Shown here: in pieces, positions 45,344 to 57,236 of the stretch | Position numbering within the stretch: the first letter of the stretch is position 1 | Layout: each line of letters starts with the position of its first letter | DNA from: an uncultured delta proteobacterium | GTDB lineage: Bacteria; Desulfobacterota; BSN033; UBA1163 | Assembly (NCBI GenBank): GCA_963828805.1 | Contig: CAWHGS010000011.1 | Coordinates: 22,212-86,211 of the forward strand | Reading direction: 5' to 3' | DNA length: 64,000 bases | Translations under genes and position numbers: made by a program | Notes under the pieces: model-generated | The model's database searches: none | What the model was told of the DNA's origin: nothing | What the model saw: only the letters and a program-made list of their open reading frames with translations

Positions 45344-47351
45344 ATGACGGAAAACAGCAAACCTCACCCCATCACCATCGATCTCAATCAGTTCAAGCTC
45401 CACATTGAACTCAGAAACAGAATTGAACTAACCCTTCATTTCAACTCCCCTTCCCGAAGGTTCTACCTCTCCGTGATTGCCCTTGTTGTTAACGAGATGA
45501 AAAGACAGGGGAAACTCACCTCCATCCCCATGGAAAGACATCATGCCCTCCTCGCTTTGCTGAACGATACGGTTGGGGGTTCTGCAGGCTCGTCGGATAA
45601 AAGGAATTTGATAGTAAGGATCTATAAAAAATGGAAAGATGCCCTGCCTAACCTGGAAGAAGCCCCTCTCTTCAAGGTCCTTGGAAGGAAAAAGGAATAT
45701 GACGAAGGGGCTGCCAAGAGCTATCCCTTCACCGATTCTGAGAAAGACAGCTGGGCGAACCTTTTTGAGTACAAAGGGAGCGAAGAGAATGTCAGGCTGA
45801 AGTTCGCCGTGGACAGGATAGGAGCAACCTTAGATGACATTGTCATCGTCTACGAGGACTGTTTGAATGGCGATGCGTGGGAAAGGTTCATCTCAAGTCT
45901 CAAAGAGAAGGTGTGGGAGAAACAGGAGGTAGAGCCTGACAAACCTGTTTCAGAAGAATCTGAGGTTGTAGCTTCTCCGACGGAAAGAAAGAGGACATTA
46001 TTGTCAGGCCGGTATCGGTGGGTGGCCCTGGCGGTGGCGGTCGTGATTGTTCTGGGAGCGATCACATTGGCAATCTGGAGAACCTATTCAAAACCTAATC
46101 CGGCTGATGTTGCCTCTGTTGAGAAGATGGCATTTCCGCTGCCGGATGAGCCCTCTATCGCGGTATTGCCATTTGCCAACATGAGCGGGGACCCGAAGCA
46201 GGAGTTCCTGAGCGACGGGATGACCGAGGCAATCATCACGGCCCTTTCCGGGGTTCCAAGGCTGTTTGTGATCAGCCGGACCTCGACCTCGATTTACAAA
46301 GGGAAACCGGTGACAGTCAAGACAGGTCAGCGAGGAGTTGGGTGTCCGGTACGTGCTGGAGGGAAGCGTTCAGCGCTCGGGCGACCGGGTTCGGATCACG
46401 GCCCAGTTGATTGACGCCCTCACGGGAAATCACCTCTGGGCAAAGCGTTACGACCGGGACCTGAAGGACATATTCGCCCTGCAGGATGAAATCACCATCA
46501 ACATCCTTGCGAACGTGCAGGTGAAGGTGATGGACGGGGGCGATGCTTCAAGGGCCGAAAAAATTGCCGAGAAGTATTACCGGGGCAAACAAGGTCTCGA
46601 TTGCTATCTGAAAGTTAATGGAAGGGAACGCTCACCTTATACGCTGGAATATCGAGGATAACAATCTGGCCCGGCGGATGGTAGAGGAGGCCATTGCTAT
46701 GTGCCCGGAGAATCCAGTGGGTTATGTGGTTCTCGGTTGGGTCTACCATCACGATTATTGGCTTGGCAACACGAAGTCCCCCTCGAGAGACGCTTCAGAA
46801 AAGCATGGAGCTGGCCCGGAAAGCCCTTGCCATGGATGATTCCTTACCAGGTGGTCACTCCTTGTTGGGCCAAATCTATACCGCTACAAAGGGACCATGA
46901 CAAGGCGATTGCTGAAGGGGAACGCGCTCTGGCCCTCAACCCCGGTGGGGCGCATACCCTTCTCAATTATGCTTCAAGTCTAAACCTTGCAGGCAGGCCG
47001 GAAGAGGCTATTCCGTTATTCCAGAAAGCAATCCGGCTCAATCCATTCGGTCCATCCAGTTTATATCGCGACTACGGCCTCGCCCTTCTGGCTACGGGGC
47101 GGTTTGAGGAGGCGGTTTCGGCATATAAGAAGGCAATTCAGATTGCGCCGAATAACCTTACTGCCCATCTTGGTCTGACGGCTACATACAGTTTGATGGG
47201 CCGAGAGAAGGAGGCCCGTGCTGAAGCTGCCGAAGTCCTCAGGATCAATCCAAAGTTCTCACTGGATTATCTTGCAAAGATATCTTCAATGAAGGATTCA
47301 CCGGCAAAGGATAGGTTTTTTGGCGCCCTGCGCAAGGCGGGCCTGAGATGA
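45344..47351 (+). CDS. Single-pass membrane protein: unassigned cytoplasmic N domain, TM, periplasmic TolB-like N-terminal-type domain and TPR repeats (4 fragments)
   Basis: TM YRWVALAVAVVIVLGAITLAIW; IAVLPFANMSGDPKQEFLSDGMTEAIITALS...VRYVLEGSVQRSGDRVRITAQLIDA TolB-like N domain; TPR helices in ORF 46701..47351. Confidence 0.55.
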
Positions 47352-47585
47352 AGAAACAGGAAACAACAGGCTAACACTGAAAGGCTGGCTGGTTTGGCTC
47401 TGCCCGTTTTGTGTATATTGGGGTGCAGGGCGCTTTGGGAATCATCATGGCGTGAATAGCTTACATCATTGCTCATCAAAGGAGACAGGGCAAAAGGTTT
47501 ACCCGATGACTCTTAAGGAAAGTGCGGCAGGCATGCAGCAAAAAAAATGGGTTATGGAAAGCTATCCATAACCCATCGGTCTTAT

Positions 47586-47661
47586 TGGTGGGCCGTACTG
47601 GAATCGAACCAGTAACCTACTGATTAAGAGTCAGTTGCTCTACCAATTGAGCTAACGGCCC
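47586..47661 (-). tRNA. tRNA-Lys (anticodon CTT)
   Basis: Manual fold: gggccgt acceptor, actga-ctCTTaa-tcagt anticodon arm, CCA encoded. Confidence 0.85.
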
Positions 47662-47681
47662 ATCCACCAGTCATTCCTATA

Positions 47682-47758
<77 letters not shown>

Positions 47759-47763
47759 ATTTT

Positions 47764-47841
47764 TGGGGTGAGTGAAGGGACTCGAACCCTCGACCACTGG
47801 GGCCACAACCCAGTGCTCTATCCAACTGAGCTACACTCACC
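47764..47841 (-). tRNA. tRNA-His (anticodon GTG) with encoded G-1
   Basis: Manual fold: extra 5' G pairing with C73, ctggg-ttGTGgc-cccag anticodon arm, CCA encoded. Confidence 0.85.
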
Positions 47842-48031
47842 GTCTCTTTTGTAGAAAATAGGTATCGTCTGACGTGCAAGGCATGCCCGTATCGTCATTC
47901 GGCAACGTTTTTCGCATTGAGGAGTTTACGTAACCGTTCGACCCTAAACGAAACGGGCTTCGTAACCGTAACCCTAACCAAAACGCCCGGACTATTTTTA
48001 TACCTCGAGGGTGCCCTCCGAGCATGGCGCA

Positions 48032-48673
48032 TTAAGCATCTAATGGTAGCAAAATCACTGATCGGATTGTCAAGGCAGCCCGCAGGGGATGTTTATGCTT
48101 AACCCTGATCCATCTTGCCACGATGAAGCCACACAGAAGGATAACGACCAATAGACCCAGGATGGGAAAAATCAGGGCAAGGAGAGTAGTCAGAATAGAT
48201 CCGATTATCTTCCCGGTCGATACCAAAACATTACCAAACCCTCCTGTTGCCGCTGTCGAAGCGCCTCTCAAAAAGACAGATCCGGTCTGAACCAGGCCCG
48301 CCACACCGCCTCCGGCAATGAGGGCTAATGTCCATTTGAGAAAGGGGGACAGGTCGGTGACCAGCGAAGCGGTCATAATCGTTCCCGCGACAACGGCTGC
48401 AGGTGTCGTCAGGGTATCCATCAGGTGGTCAAGCCAGGGAATGTAGTAGGCCCCGACTTCGAAAATCGTTGCCGTCCCAAAGGCCACGAGGGCAGGCCAT
48501 GAACCAATCCATTCGAAACCGGACGATAAGTTCAAATGGCCGGTCAGGGTAGCCAGACTGAGACCGAGCAAAGGGACAAAGACCCTGAATCCGCAGGCGG
48601 CGCTCAGACCCATTCCAATGATGAGACCTAAGAAGGTTTCCATGGTCTTTTTCGTATCATACCGCCGGTTCAA
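48032..48673 (-). CDS. DUF4126 family integral membrane protein
   Basis: 213 aa; LGLIIGMGLSAACGFRVFVPLLGLSLA ... EVGAYYIPWLDHLMD pattern. Confidence 0.6.
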   Translation of the reverse strand: MNRRYDTKKTMETFLGLIIGMGLSAACGFRVFVPLLGLSLATLTGHLNLSSGFEWIGSWPALVAFGTATIFEVGAYYIPWLDHLMDTLTTPAAVVAGTIMTASLVTDLSPFLKWTLALIAGGGVAGLVQTGSVFLRGASTAATGGFGNVLVSTGKIIGSILTTLLALIFPILGLLVVILLCGFIVARWIRVKHKHPLRAALTIRSVILLPLDA

Positions 48674-48679
48674 AATGAT

Positions 48680-49862
48680 TCAAGTCATTTGCGCTTTATT
48701 GTTAATCCCATCCTCTCTGTGCGCCTTTGTTTGAACAGTCAGAATCTCCCGGCCAAAATAATTTTGCCGCCATTTTTTCAAGCCCGGAATCGATTCCAAC
48801 TCTTTCATCGACCGGGGGTTTTTCAAGGCCAGGTCATTGATCAGGGCGTTATTCAAAAGGATTCCAGGCTCCATCCCCAACGTTTTTGCCCTCATATCCC
48901 GCCAGGTTTTTCAGCGCTTTTACCCTTTGTCGTACCGGCGATGACAGCTCCGGCCTTGCTTCCCGGGGGTACACCGGGAGCTCTTCATCGGGAAGGGCCA
49001 TGGCCCGGTGAATTTCCTGCAGCAGGCGAGTCCCGTATCGGTCGATTTGTTTCCCGCTCAGAACTTTCCCCGTTTCCAAGTCTTCCATGTTCAAAGGTTT
49101 TTTCATCGCTAATCCCAGGAGGGCTTCGTTGCCGAGCACCTTGAAAGGCGGAAGATCCGCCCTCTGGGCCTGGGCCTCCCGGAATCCCAGCAAGGCCTCC
49201 AGAACCGCAAGACTCCTGGGATCCAGGAGATAAGCCCCTTTCACTCTCAGGTAAAGCGGGGCATGGCTGGGGCCCATGAATCGAACCTCCCTCAGAAACA
49301 GGCATTCTTCCTCTACCCAGGATAACCGGCCCTTCTCATCCAGTTCCTTTTCCAGCATATGGGCCAGGGGAATCAGGTACCTGCCGTCCATCGCCGCATA
49401 GTCCACCATCTCCGGTGAAAGGGGTCTCCGGGACCAATCGGCCCGCTGATATTTCTTATTCAGCTCCACCTGGAACCGGCTTCGCAGCAACGCTTCCAGT
49501 CCGGTCTCCCGGAGGCCCAGAAACATGCAGGCCAACTGAGTATCGAAGAGATTCTCCACCTCGATCCGAAAGTCCCGGTACAGGGAACGGATGTCATAAT
49601 CCGCCCCGTGGAATACCTTACGGATGCGGGGATTGGAGAAAACGGGGTGCAAGGCGGAAAGATCCTTTAGCGCCAACGGATCCATGACATAAGCGGCGGA
49701 TTCCGTAGCGATCTGCAGGAGGCACACCTTTTCGAAGTAGTGGTACATGGAATCCGCTTCCAGGTCGACCCCGATGATTTCGGCCTGACCCAGGATCCGG
49801 GCAGCCTCTTCCAGACGCGGAAGGGTCTCGATCCATTCATGGGAAAATGTATCTCCATCCAT
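48680..49862 (-). CDS. rnd: Ribonuclease D (3'-5' exonuclease domain plus HRDC), one frameshift near 48870
   Basis: DEDDy exonuclease motifs (GVDLEADSM, HGADYD) in ORF 48849..49862; HRDC-like ORF 48680..48895. Confidence 0.8.
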
Positions 49863-49949
49863 ATTATTTGCCGATTCCTTTCCAATCGTTTAAGTTCTCA
49901 GCATACCTTACTTTCCGAGTGAATCCAAGGAGTGATTGAAAACGGCTGT

Positions 49950-50035
49950 GATTCAGACAGTAAGAGACCACACCTGCCTGACTTCAGACAGGATACGCAG
50001 TCACGCGACTGCGGAGGCAGGGACACGGACACGCT
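49950..50035. repeat. Repeat element copy 2: gattcagacagtaagagaccacacctgcct...ggaggcagggac, with nested palindrome gcagtcacgcgactgc
   Basis: Direct comparison with 13643..13703. Confidence 0.55.
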
Positions 50036-50157
50036 ATTTTCTAATTGGGTGAGGGCTTAAAGGGAGGCGGCGGGGGTTATTAATTAAAGTTACCCAAGAG
50101 TGTCGCACAGAATCAAAAAAGGAGCTAAGCAATTCGGCTTAACTCCTTGATTTTTAT

Positions 50158-50199
50158 GGCGCGCCTGGCAGGATTCGAACCTGCGGCCTACGGATTAGA
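50158..50199 (-). pseudogene. Orphan tRNA 3' fragment (T arm, acceptor, CCA) with no 5' half
   Basis: Minus-strand reading: gccgcaggttcgaatcctgccaggcgcgcca; followed by an AT-rich stretch. Confidence 0.4.
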
Positions 50200-50304
50200 A
50201 TTGTAATATCGATAAGTTATGATGTTATATTGTCTTTCAGATTTGTTTCTAATCATTTGTAATCATTAAAGTAGCGATGTTGACTTTGGGATCCCTTTGT
50301 TTCA

Positions 50305-50772
50305 TCACTCCTTATTTGAACAGGCCTGAATGGCCTTGACAATCTGGGTGTATCCCGTGCACCGGCAGATATTGCCCCGGATATGTTGACGAACCTCTTC
50401 TTCGCTCGGATTTGGATTGTCGTCGAGCAAAGCTTTGGCCATGACAATCATACCAGGTGTACAAAATCCACACTGCACTGCCCCATGTTCCAAGAAGGAT
50501 TCCTGGACGGGATGCAATTGGCCATCCGATTTTCCAATTCCTTCAACCGTAACAATGTCGCTTCCATCCAAACTAACGGCCAGGGTGAGGCATGCGAGGG
50601 TTGGCTCCCCGTCCACAAGAACAGTGCACGCCCCACATTCCCCAATTCCACATCCGTATTTGGCACCCGTAAGACCAAAACGGTCCCGAAGGACATTGAG
50701 CAGGAGTTCATTGGGAGCAACCAGAATCTCCCGCTTCACACCGTTTATTCTCAGTTCGATCTGCTTCTTCAA
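50305..50772 (-). CDS. Xanthine dehydrogenase family [2Fe-2S] small subunit (set 1)
   Basis: 155 aa intact; plant-ferredoxin-like CGIGECGACTV and second cluster GAVQCGFCTPG ... CRCTGY. Confidence 0.9.
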   Translation of the reverse strand: MKKQIELRINGVKREILVAPNELLLNVLRDRFGLTGAKYGCGIGECGACTVLVDGEPTLACLTLAVSLDGSDIVTVEGIGKSDGQLHPVQESFLEHGAVQCGFCTPGMIVMAKALLDDNPNPSEEEVRQHIRGNICRCTGYTQIVKAIQACSNKE

Positions 50773-50864
50773 AATAGCGCCTCCTGTCTTATTTTGTGCA
50801 CTTTTTGTTTTTCCTCTGACCCAAGATCACACCACGAAATTCCACTCTTCACTCTCACCCACAA

Positions 50865-51741
50865 TCAATTTGCGGCTCTTTCCCAGGCTAGCTTGATAGC
50901 ATCACGGACGATTACCTTTGCGACTTCTCTTCGATACTCGACCGTCGACCTGATATCTGTGATCGGCTGGATCTCCTCGGAGGCCCTTTGACTTGTCTTT
51001 TCGATGAGGTCCCCTGTGATCCTTTTGCCCTTTAGCATGCCCTCGGCCTCGGTTGTCCGAAAAGGTTTCGGCGCTACGGAGCCAAGGGCAATTCTGCAGT
51101 CCCTGCAAACATCCTTTTCTCTTTCGATCGCCACTGCAACGTTCAATTTTGCCGGATCAGCGGCAACCCGTACGACTTTCAGAAAGGCACTCCCTGTGCC
51201 ATTTTTCGATTCCGGCAACTGTACCTCAACCAGGAGTTCTTTGGGCGAAAGGACAGTCTTTCCCGGTCCGACATAGAAATCCTCGAGAGGAACCACTCGT
51301 TCAGAGCCCCCTGCCGACCAATTTCACCTTTCCCCCCAAGACCAGTAAGGGTGGCGCGGAGTCCGCCGCAGGTGAGGCATTACAAAGGTTACCTCCCACC
51401 GTGCCCATATTTTTGATTTGAGTACGACTCACCGATCGGGCAGCTTCGAAAAGGGCTGTATACCTTTCTTTGATCAGGTTGGACTTTTCCAGTTCTTGAA
51501 AAGGGGTGAGAGCGCCTATCCGAAGTCCTTTGTCATGGATCAGGTAACGGAGAGCGGGAATTCTGGCAATGTTGATGAGATGCTCCGGGTGAACCGCATC
51601 CATCTTCATCCGAACGATGAGATCTGTTCCTCCGGCAATTACCTTCGCTTTGTCACCGTAGGTATTAAGTTGGAGAATAGCCTCTTCGATGGTTTTCGGC
51701 TCCAGGTATTCGAACTCTTGTGCCAAGATATGTGTGTTCAT
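50865..51741 (-). CDS. Xanthine dehydrogenase family FAD-binding medium subunit (set 1), one frameshift
   Basis: ORFs 51301..51741 and 50865..51296; AGGTDL ... GTVGGNL FAD-binding motifs; CO dehydrogenase flavoprotein C domain. Confidence 0.85.
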
Positions 51742-51924
51742 AGAATCAAACCCCTTTTTCTCCCGCAGAGACCCCGGATGAAATAGATAAAACCTTACTT
51801 GAGGAACATTCGATCATGGGCAGAAGATTTTCTGTCCATAGAGTGGCGATCCTCAAATCCCGCCTTGGGCGGTATCTTAATCAACTGAACTGATCTTTCC
51901 TATTCCCACGGGCTGTGTCAGAAT

Positions 51925-54233
51925 TTATTGTCTGTCTTTTAAGGCCATGAGAACTTTCTCAGGCGTGATGGGGATTTCAGTGAATCGGATCCCGATGGCA
52001 TTGTAGACGGCATTGGCCAGGGCAGCGGCCACGGGATTCAGAGCCGCCTCTCCGATCCCTTTGGCCCCAAAAGGTCCTGTCGGTTCCAGGGTGTCGGTAA
52101 AATAGACCTCGATCTTTCCTATCTCCGGCATATCGTTGGCCGTCAGCATCTTGAAATCGGTGATCTATCCCTTGCTCGTCAGATCTCCGGTTTCCTGATC
52201 ATATTGTGTATCTTCGATCAGTGCATAACCTAATCCCCGATAGAGACCTCCGAACATCTGCCCGTCGGCCAGATCCGGATTGATCACCTGTCCCACATCG
52301 GCATAAATCACCGCACGGACAGGCCTAATCACACCGGTCTCTGTGTTCACCTCCACCTCGAGGAAATGAGCCATGAAACACGGAGGACAACTTACCTGGC
52401 GAAGGCTATCGACGGCGGCAATCGTTCCCCAGTCATTGAGCTGGGCGGTTTTGGCCACCTCTCCGATGGTGACCCTCTTGTCTGGAACTCCGTCGACATA
52501 GATCACGCCCTGGCCTGCCTCTTCGTCCACTTCCATTTTCAGCGACGGCGGTAGGCGCCTGCAGAATCCGGCAGGCCATATCGAAGAGTTTTTCTTTCGC
52601 CTGACGCGTGACCTTGTGAACGGCTCCGCCTCCACAATAGATTCCACGGGTGGCATGCGTACAAACATCGTAGACCGTGGTACGCGTGTCCACAGGAGAG
52701 ATGCCGACCTTGCACAGGGCACTTTCAACTCCTCGGCGACGATCTTGGCAAGGGCATCGAGTGTTCCGCCTCCCAGGTCCATGAGGGCCGTCAGGAAATC
52801 GACCGACCCATCTTCGTTGATCTTGACGATCGCACCCGAGTAATCGATCACCTCACCGGGAAGCGGCGCGCCGGCCCCAGAGGTGTGGAAGCCCCGGGCC
52901 ATGCCGATACCCCGCCGAATAGGACCCTTCTCATCCAACCTTCTTTTGCGTCTCTCCCAGCCGATCAACTTCGGCCCCTCGGTTAGCATTTCCTCGACGC
53001 CGCAGCTCCGGATGATCGACTGGACCGTGGGCCCCTGCCCCCAGAAGGTTTCTCCAAGGCCGACGTAGTTCTTCAATCGGAGCTCGATGGGATCGATCCC
53101 CAGTTTCTCGGCCAGCATATCCATCATCGATTCGACGGCAAAGTTGACCTGGGGGTTTCCAAAACCCTGCATGGCACAGGCCGGAACTTTGTTCGTGTAG
53201 ACCGCCTTCCCTTCGTACTGGAGATGAGGAAGCCGGTAAAGCGAGACCCACCACCCCGCCATGCATCCCAGAAGGGAATAGGCCTGGGTGTTGTGGGCTC
53301 CGATGTCGACGACCACCTTCATCTGGCCGGCGACGAGGGTACCGTCCTTCTTGGCTCCGAGTTTCAAACGGATCCAGGAAGGATATTTGCAGTGGTCGTG
53401 CATATCCTCTTCACGGGTCAAGGCAAGTTTCACGGGCCGGCGGGCCTTCAATGGCCAGGGCAACACCGATGGGGGTCAGCCGAATTCATCTGGATGCTCG
53501 ATCCGAAGGATCCTCCCACGACGATCTTCTTCACGCTGACCTTGCTCAGAGGAATCTGAAAGATCTCGCCGAGGAGTTGCCTGACATTGTGGATCGTCTG
53601 GGTCGTCGTCCACACCGTGATCCCTCCATCCGCCTCGGGCTGGCAGACCACCGTCTTGGTTTCCATCTGGGCATGATAGACCCGGCCTGTCTTAAATTCT
53701 TCCTCGACAATGACATCCGCCTCTTCAAATCCCTTTTCGATATCTCCCTGGCTGATCAATTTCGTTACGGCAATATTGTTCTCAATCTTTCTCTCTTCCT
53801 CTCCCACCAGGATGGTTTCATGAAGGACCGGAGCTCCCGGCCTCATGGCCTCAAAGGCGTCAAGACCGCCGGGATATTTTTCGTATTCGACACGAATCAG
53901 AGACAGGGCCTTTTCGGCCAGGTCTTCCGTCTCTGCCGCCACGGCAGCGATCGCTTCGCCCACATGGAGCGGATGATCGGTGAGGACGTGTCTGTCTTTA
54001 TAGGTGACCCTGGGAATGTTGACCAGCCGCTCGCAGTACTTCATCTTGGGAATGTCCTTGAAGGTGATGCAGACCGCCCCCATCTTCTCCGCGGCGCTCG
54101 TGTCGATACTCTTCACCCTCGCATGGGGAAAGGGACTTCTCAGGACCCGGCCATAGAGCATCCTGGGAAGCACGAGGTCTGACGCATAAATCTCCTGACC
54201 CGTGACCTTGCGCGATCCCGTCTCTTCGTTCAT
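51925..54233 (-). CDS. Xanthine dehydrogenase family molybdopterin-binding large subunit (set 1), 3 fragments
   Basis: ORFs 53448..54233, 52165..53466, 51925..52149; a/b hammerhead N domain and MoCo-binding domains; C-terminal GAKGIGEAALNPVAAALANAV. Confidence 0.85.
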
Positions 54234-54334
54234 AAATCTTTCCTATCGGCATGAAACTGCGATTTATCCATGTCCTGACTCCTTATGCCTTCAGACCGCG
54301 TCCTCCCTCACTTTTTCTCTCAAGGTCGCCCTGG

Positions 54335-56604
54335 TTACGATCTTTTCCGGCGTGAGGGCAGATCAAAGATCCGGACTCCCACGGCATCATAGACAGCATT
54401 TGCAATCGCCGGAGCAACCGAATTGACCGAAGGCTCCCCAACCCCTTTGCCCCGAAGGGACCCACCCCGTCTCCGGATTCGAGGAGGATCGTCTCTACCT
54501 CCGGCACATCCAGGGATGTCGGGATGAGATATTCCGAAAATGAGGGCGTTTTGATCGACTCCTTTTTCGATCATCACTTCTTCCGTCAACCCATATCCCA
54601 TGGCGTAGATGGCCCCACCCTCCAATTGTCCTTCCACGCTGAGTCGATTGATGGCCCTGCCCACGTCATAGCAGGCAACAAGCTTCAGAACCTCCACCTT
54701 CCCGGTCTCCTCGTCCACGGCCACCTCCACCGCGTGGGTTCCAAACGTGAAATCCGGAAATACATCCCCCTCGATTCTTCTCAAACTGCGTCAGGTTTCG
54801 AAAAGGGGCCTTGAAAAGGGCAACGTGGTACAAAGGTAAGTCCGTCCGAAGCACAGGCCCTGATGACATCGGTGATGGGAAGGTTCTTCCCGGACCCTTC
54901 AAGGTCCACCACCTCCCGGTCGACCAGGTCAAGCCGTCCAGCTTCGATCCGCATGATCTCCCCCGCCTTCTGAAGCAGGGTTTTACGGACCTCGCGTGCT
55001 GCCATGAAGGGTTGCGTTGCCCGACATGTAGAGCTGCCGGGTGGCTGTTGTCGTGCCTGAAAGAGGCGTCAGAGCCGTGTCCGCGATATAGATCTTAACG
55101 TCCTCCAGGGGAACGCCCAGCACCTCGGCCACAATCTGGCAGAGGGAGGAAGCCTGTCCCCCACCAATGTCCTGAATCCCTGCCCGAACCGTGACGCTCC
55201 CATCCATCTCAACGGAGACATAGGACCGTGAAGTGTCATGAAGAAAAACCATCCTTCCGTAGCTCATCATCCCGGAGGCCATTCCCCTTCCGACCTTTAT
55301 GGAACCTTTCGAAGAAGTCCGCTCTCCCAGGGCTTCTAAAGCCTTCTCGGTGGTCTCCGAGAGGGCCACGTGATGCTCCAGGATCTGTCCCGTGGCCAGG
55401 GCCTCTCCTTTCTTCAGGTAGTTGATCTTCCGAAGTTCCGATGGATCGATTTCGAGTCGCCGGGCCAGTCTCGTCCATCTGGGACTCATAGGCAAAACAG
55501 GGCTGAGGTGCCCCAAACCCCCGATTTGCGCTCGCATAAATCTGGTTGGTCAAAACCGTGTACCCGTCCACCTTGACATGGGGAATCCGGTAAGGGCCGG
55601 CTGCATTGACCATTGAATAGAGAAGGACCCATGGACTGAGATAGACATAGGCCCCTGCATCCGAAACGAGTCTGGCCTGAAGGGCTGTGAGCACACCGTC
55701 TCTTTTTGACCCCTGTTTTGTACTCCATGACATAGGGATGCCGCTTGCTGTGGCAGAGGATCGATTCCTCCCGGGTGTAGGTCAGTTTGACGGGTCTCCT
55801 TGTCTTATAGGTCAGCAGGGCGAGAAAGCTCTCGACCGTGATATCCTCTTTCCCTCCGAAACCTCCACCCACATAGGTCCCAATCACTCTCACTCGGTTA
55901 TGGGGAAGACTGAGGACATCAGCTATCCCTCTAAAATGTTCGATCACCTGGGTGGAGACACGAATGGTGATCACTCCATTCTCATCGACCCACGCCACCC
56001 CGGATTCCGGTTCCAGATAGGCGTGATCCACAAAAGGGACCCGGTAGGTATTCTCCACGATGACATCCGCTTGCTGCAAATCCCTCCTCCACAGAACCTT
56101 TGACCACCTCATAGTGGGTGACGATGATTGGAACGTTCCTCCTCAACCTGGGGGGCATCCGGCTTCATCGCTTCAAGAGGATCGAACACGCCCGGAAGAG
56201 GTTGATAGTTCACCCTGATCTTCTCCAAAGCCTCTTCTGCAATCTCTTCTGTTTCAGCAGCCACCAGGGCCACGGGCTCTCCCACGTAATGAACCTTCTT
56301 GTCCGCCATAACCCGATACAGTCCTTCAAATCCTCCGCCACCGTATGGGTCTGGCCAAAGCGGGTCACGGATTCGTTCCTGGGAACATCCTTGGCCGTCA
56401 GAACCGCCTTGACGCCCGGGAAGTCTCTCCGCCCTTGATGTATCGATTGAAACGATCCTCGCCGAGGCGTGGGGACTCCTCAGGACCTTTCCGATAGAGC
56501 ATTCCGGGCATCGAAAAATCGGCCGCATAGCTCGTCAATCCGAACGCCTTCTCCCAGGCATCATGCCTTGGAACGGGTTTTCCAATGATTTTCAGTTCAG
56601 ACAT
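54335..56604 (-). CDS. Second xanthine dehydrogenase family molybdopterin-binding large subunit (set 2), split into at least 8 pieces
   Basis: ORFs 56398..56604, 56109..56528, 55486..56112, 55236..55733, 54983..55537, 54781..55005, 54335..54784; same domain order as set 1 but a distinct sequence. Confidence 0.7.
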
Positions 56605-56663
56605 ATCTCCCTCATCTAAAGACTTTCAGCTCTCAGCTTTCAGCCTTCTTAATGCGTTCATGA

Positions 56664-57187
56664 TTATACCATCAAATGAATTATCAGCCTTCCATCGCTG
56701 CTTATCTGCTGCTTTTTGCCTTCTCTTCTGTCTTCTTCCTTCTGCCGATAGTTGCTTGCCGCATCCTCGATGGCATCGACAATCTTTTTATATCCGGTGC
56801 AACGGCAGAGGTTCCCCGAGATCGCCTCCCGGATCTCGTCCCGGGTCGGTTCGGGGTTTCGGTCCAGAAGAGCCTTGGCCGAAACGATCATCCCGGAGGT
56901 GCAGAAGCCGCATTGAATGGCGCCGTGTTTGACAAAGCTCTGCTGGAGGGGATGGGGGTTCTCAGGGGTTCCGATCCCTTTCAGGGTCACAACCTTCTGT
57001 CGATGGGCCTGAAGGGCCAGCGTCAGGCAGGCATTGACCGCCTTCCCATTCAGAAGGACCGCACAGGCCCCACAGTCCCCTTTTCCACACCCCTCCTTCA
57101 CCTCGACATGACCGAACTTTCTCCCTTAAGGCATGAAGGAGCGTTTCACCTGCACGTGACTTCCGCCTCTTTCAACTCTCCATTCAC
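56664..57187 (-). CDS. Xanthine dehydrogenase family [2Fe-2S] small subunit (set 2), GTG start, two frameshifts at the 5' end
   Basis: GCGKGDCGACAV ... QCGFCTSG ... CRCTGY; N-terminus VNGELKEAEV / ETLLHALREK recovered from other frames. Confidence 0.75.
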
Positions 57188-57236
57188 TCGTCATTCAATG
57201 GTATAGCGTTTTTGTCTTTTTGATTTTTTCTCTCAT

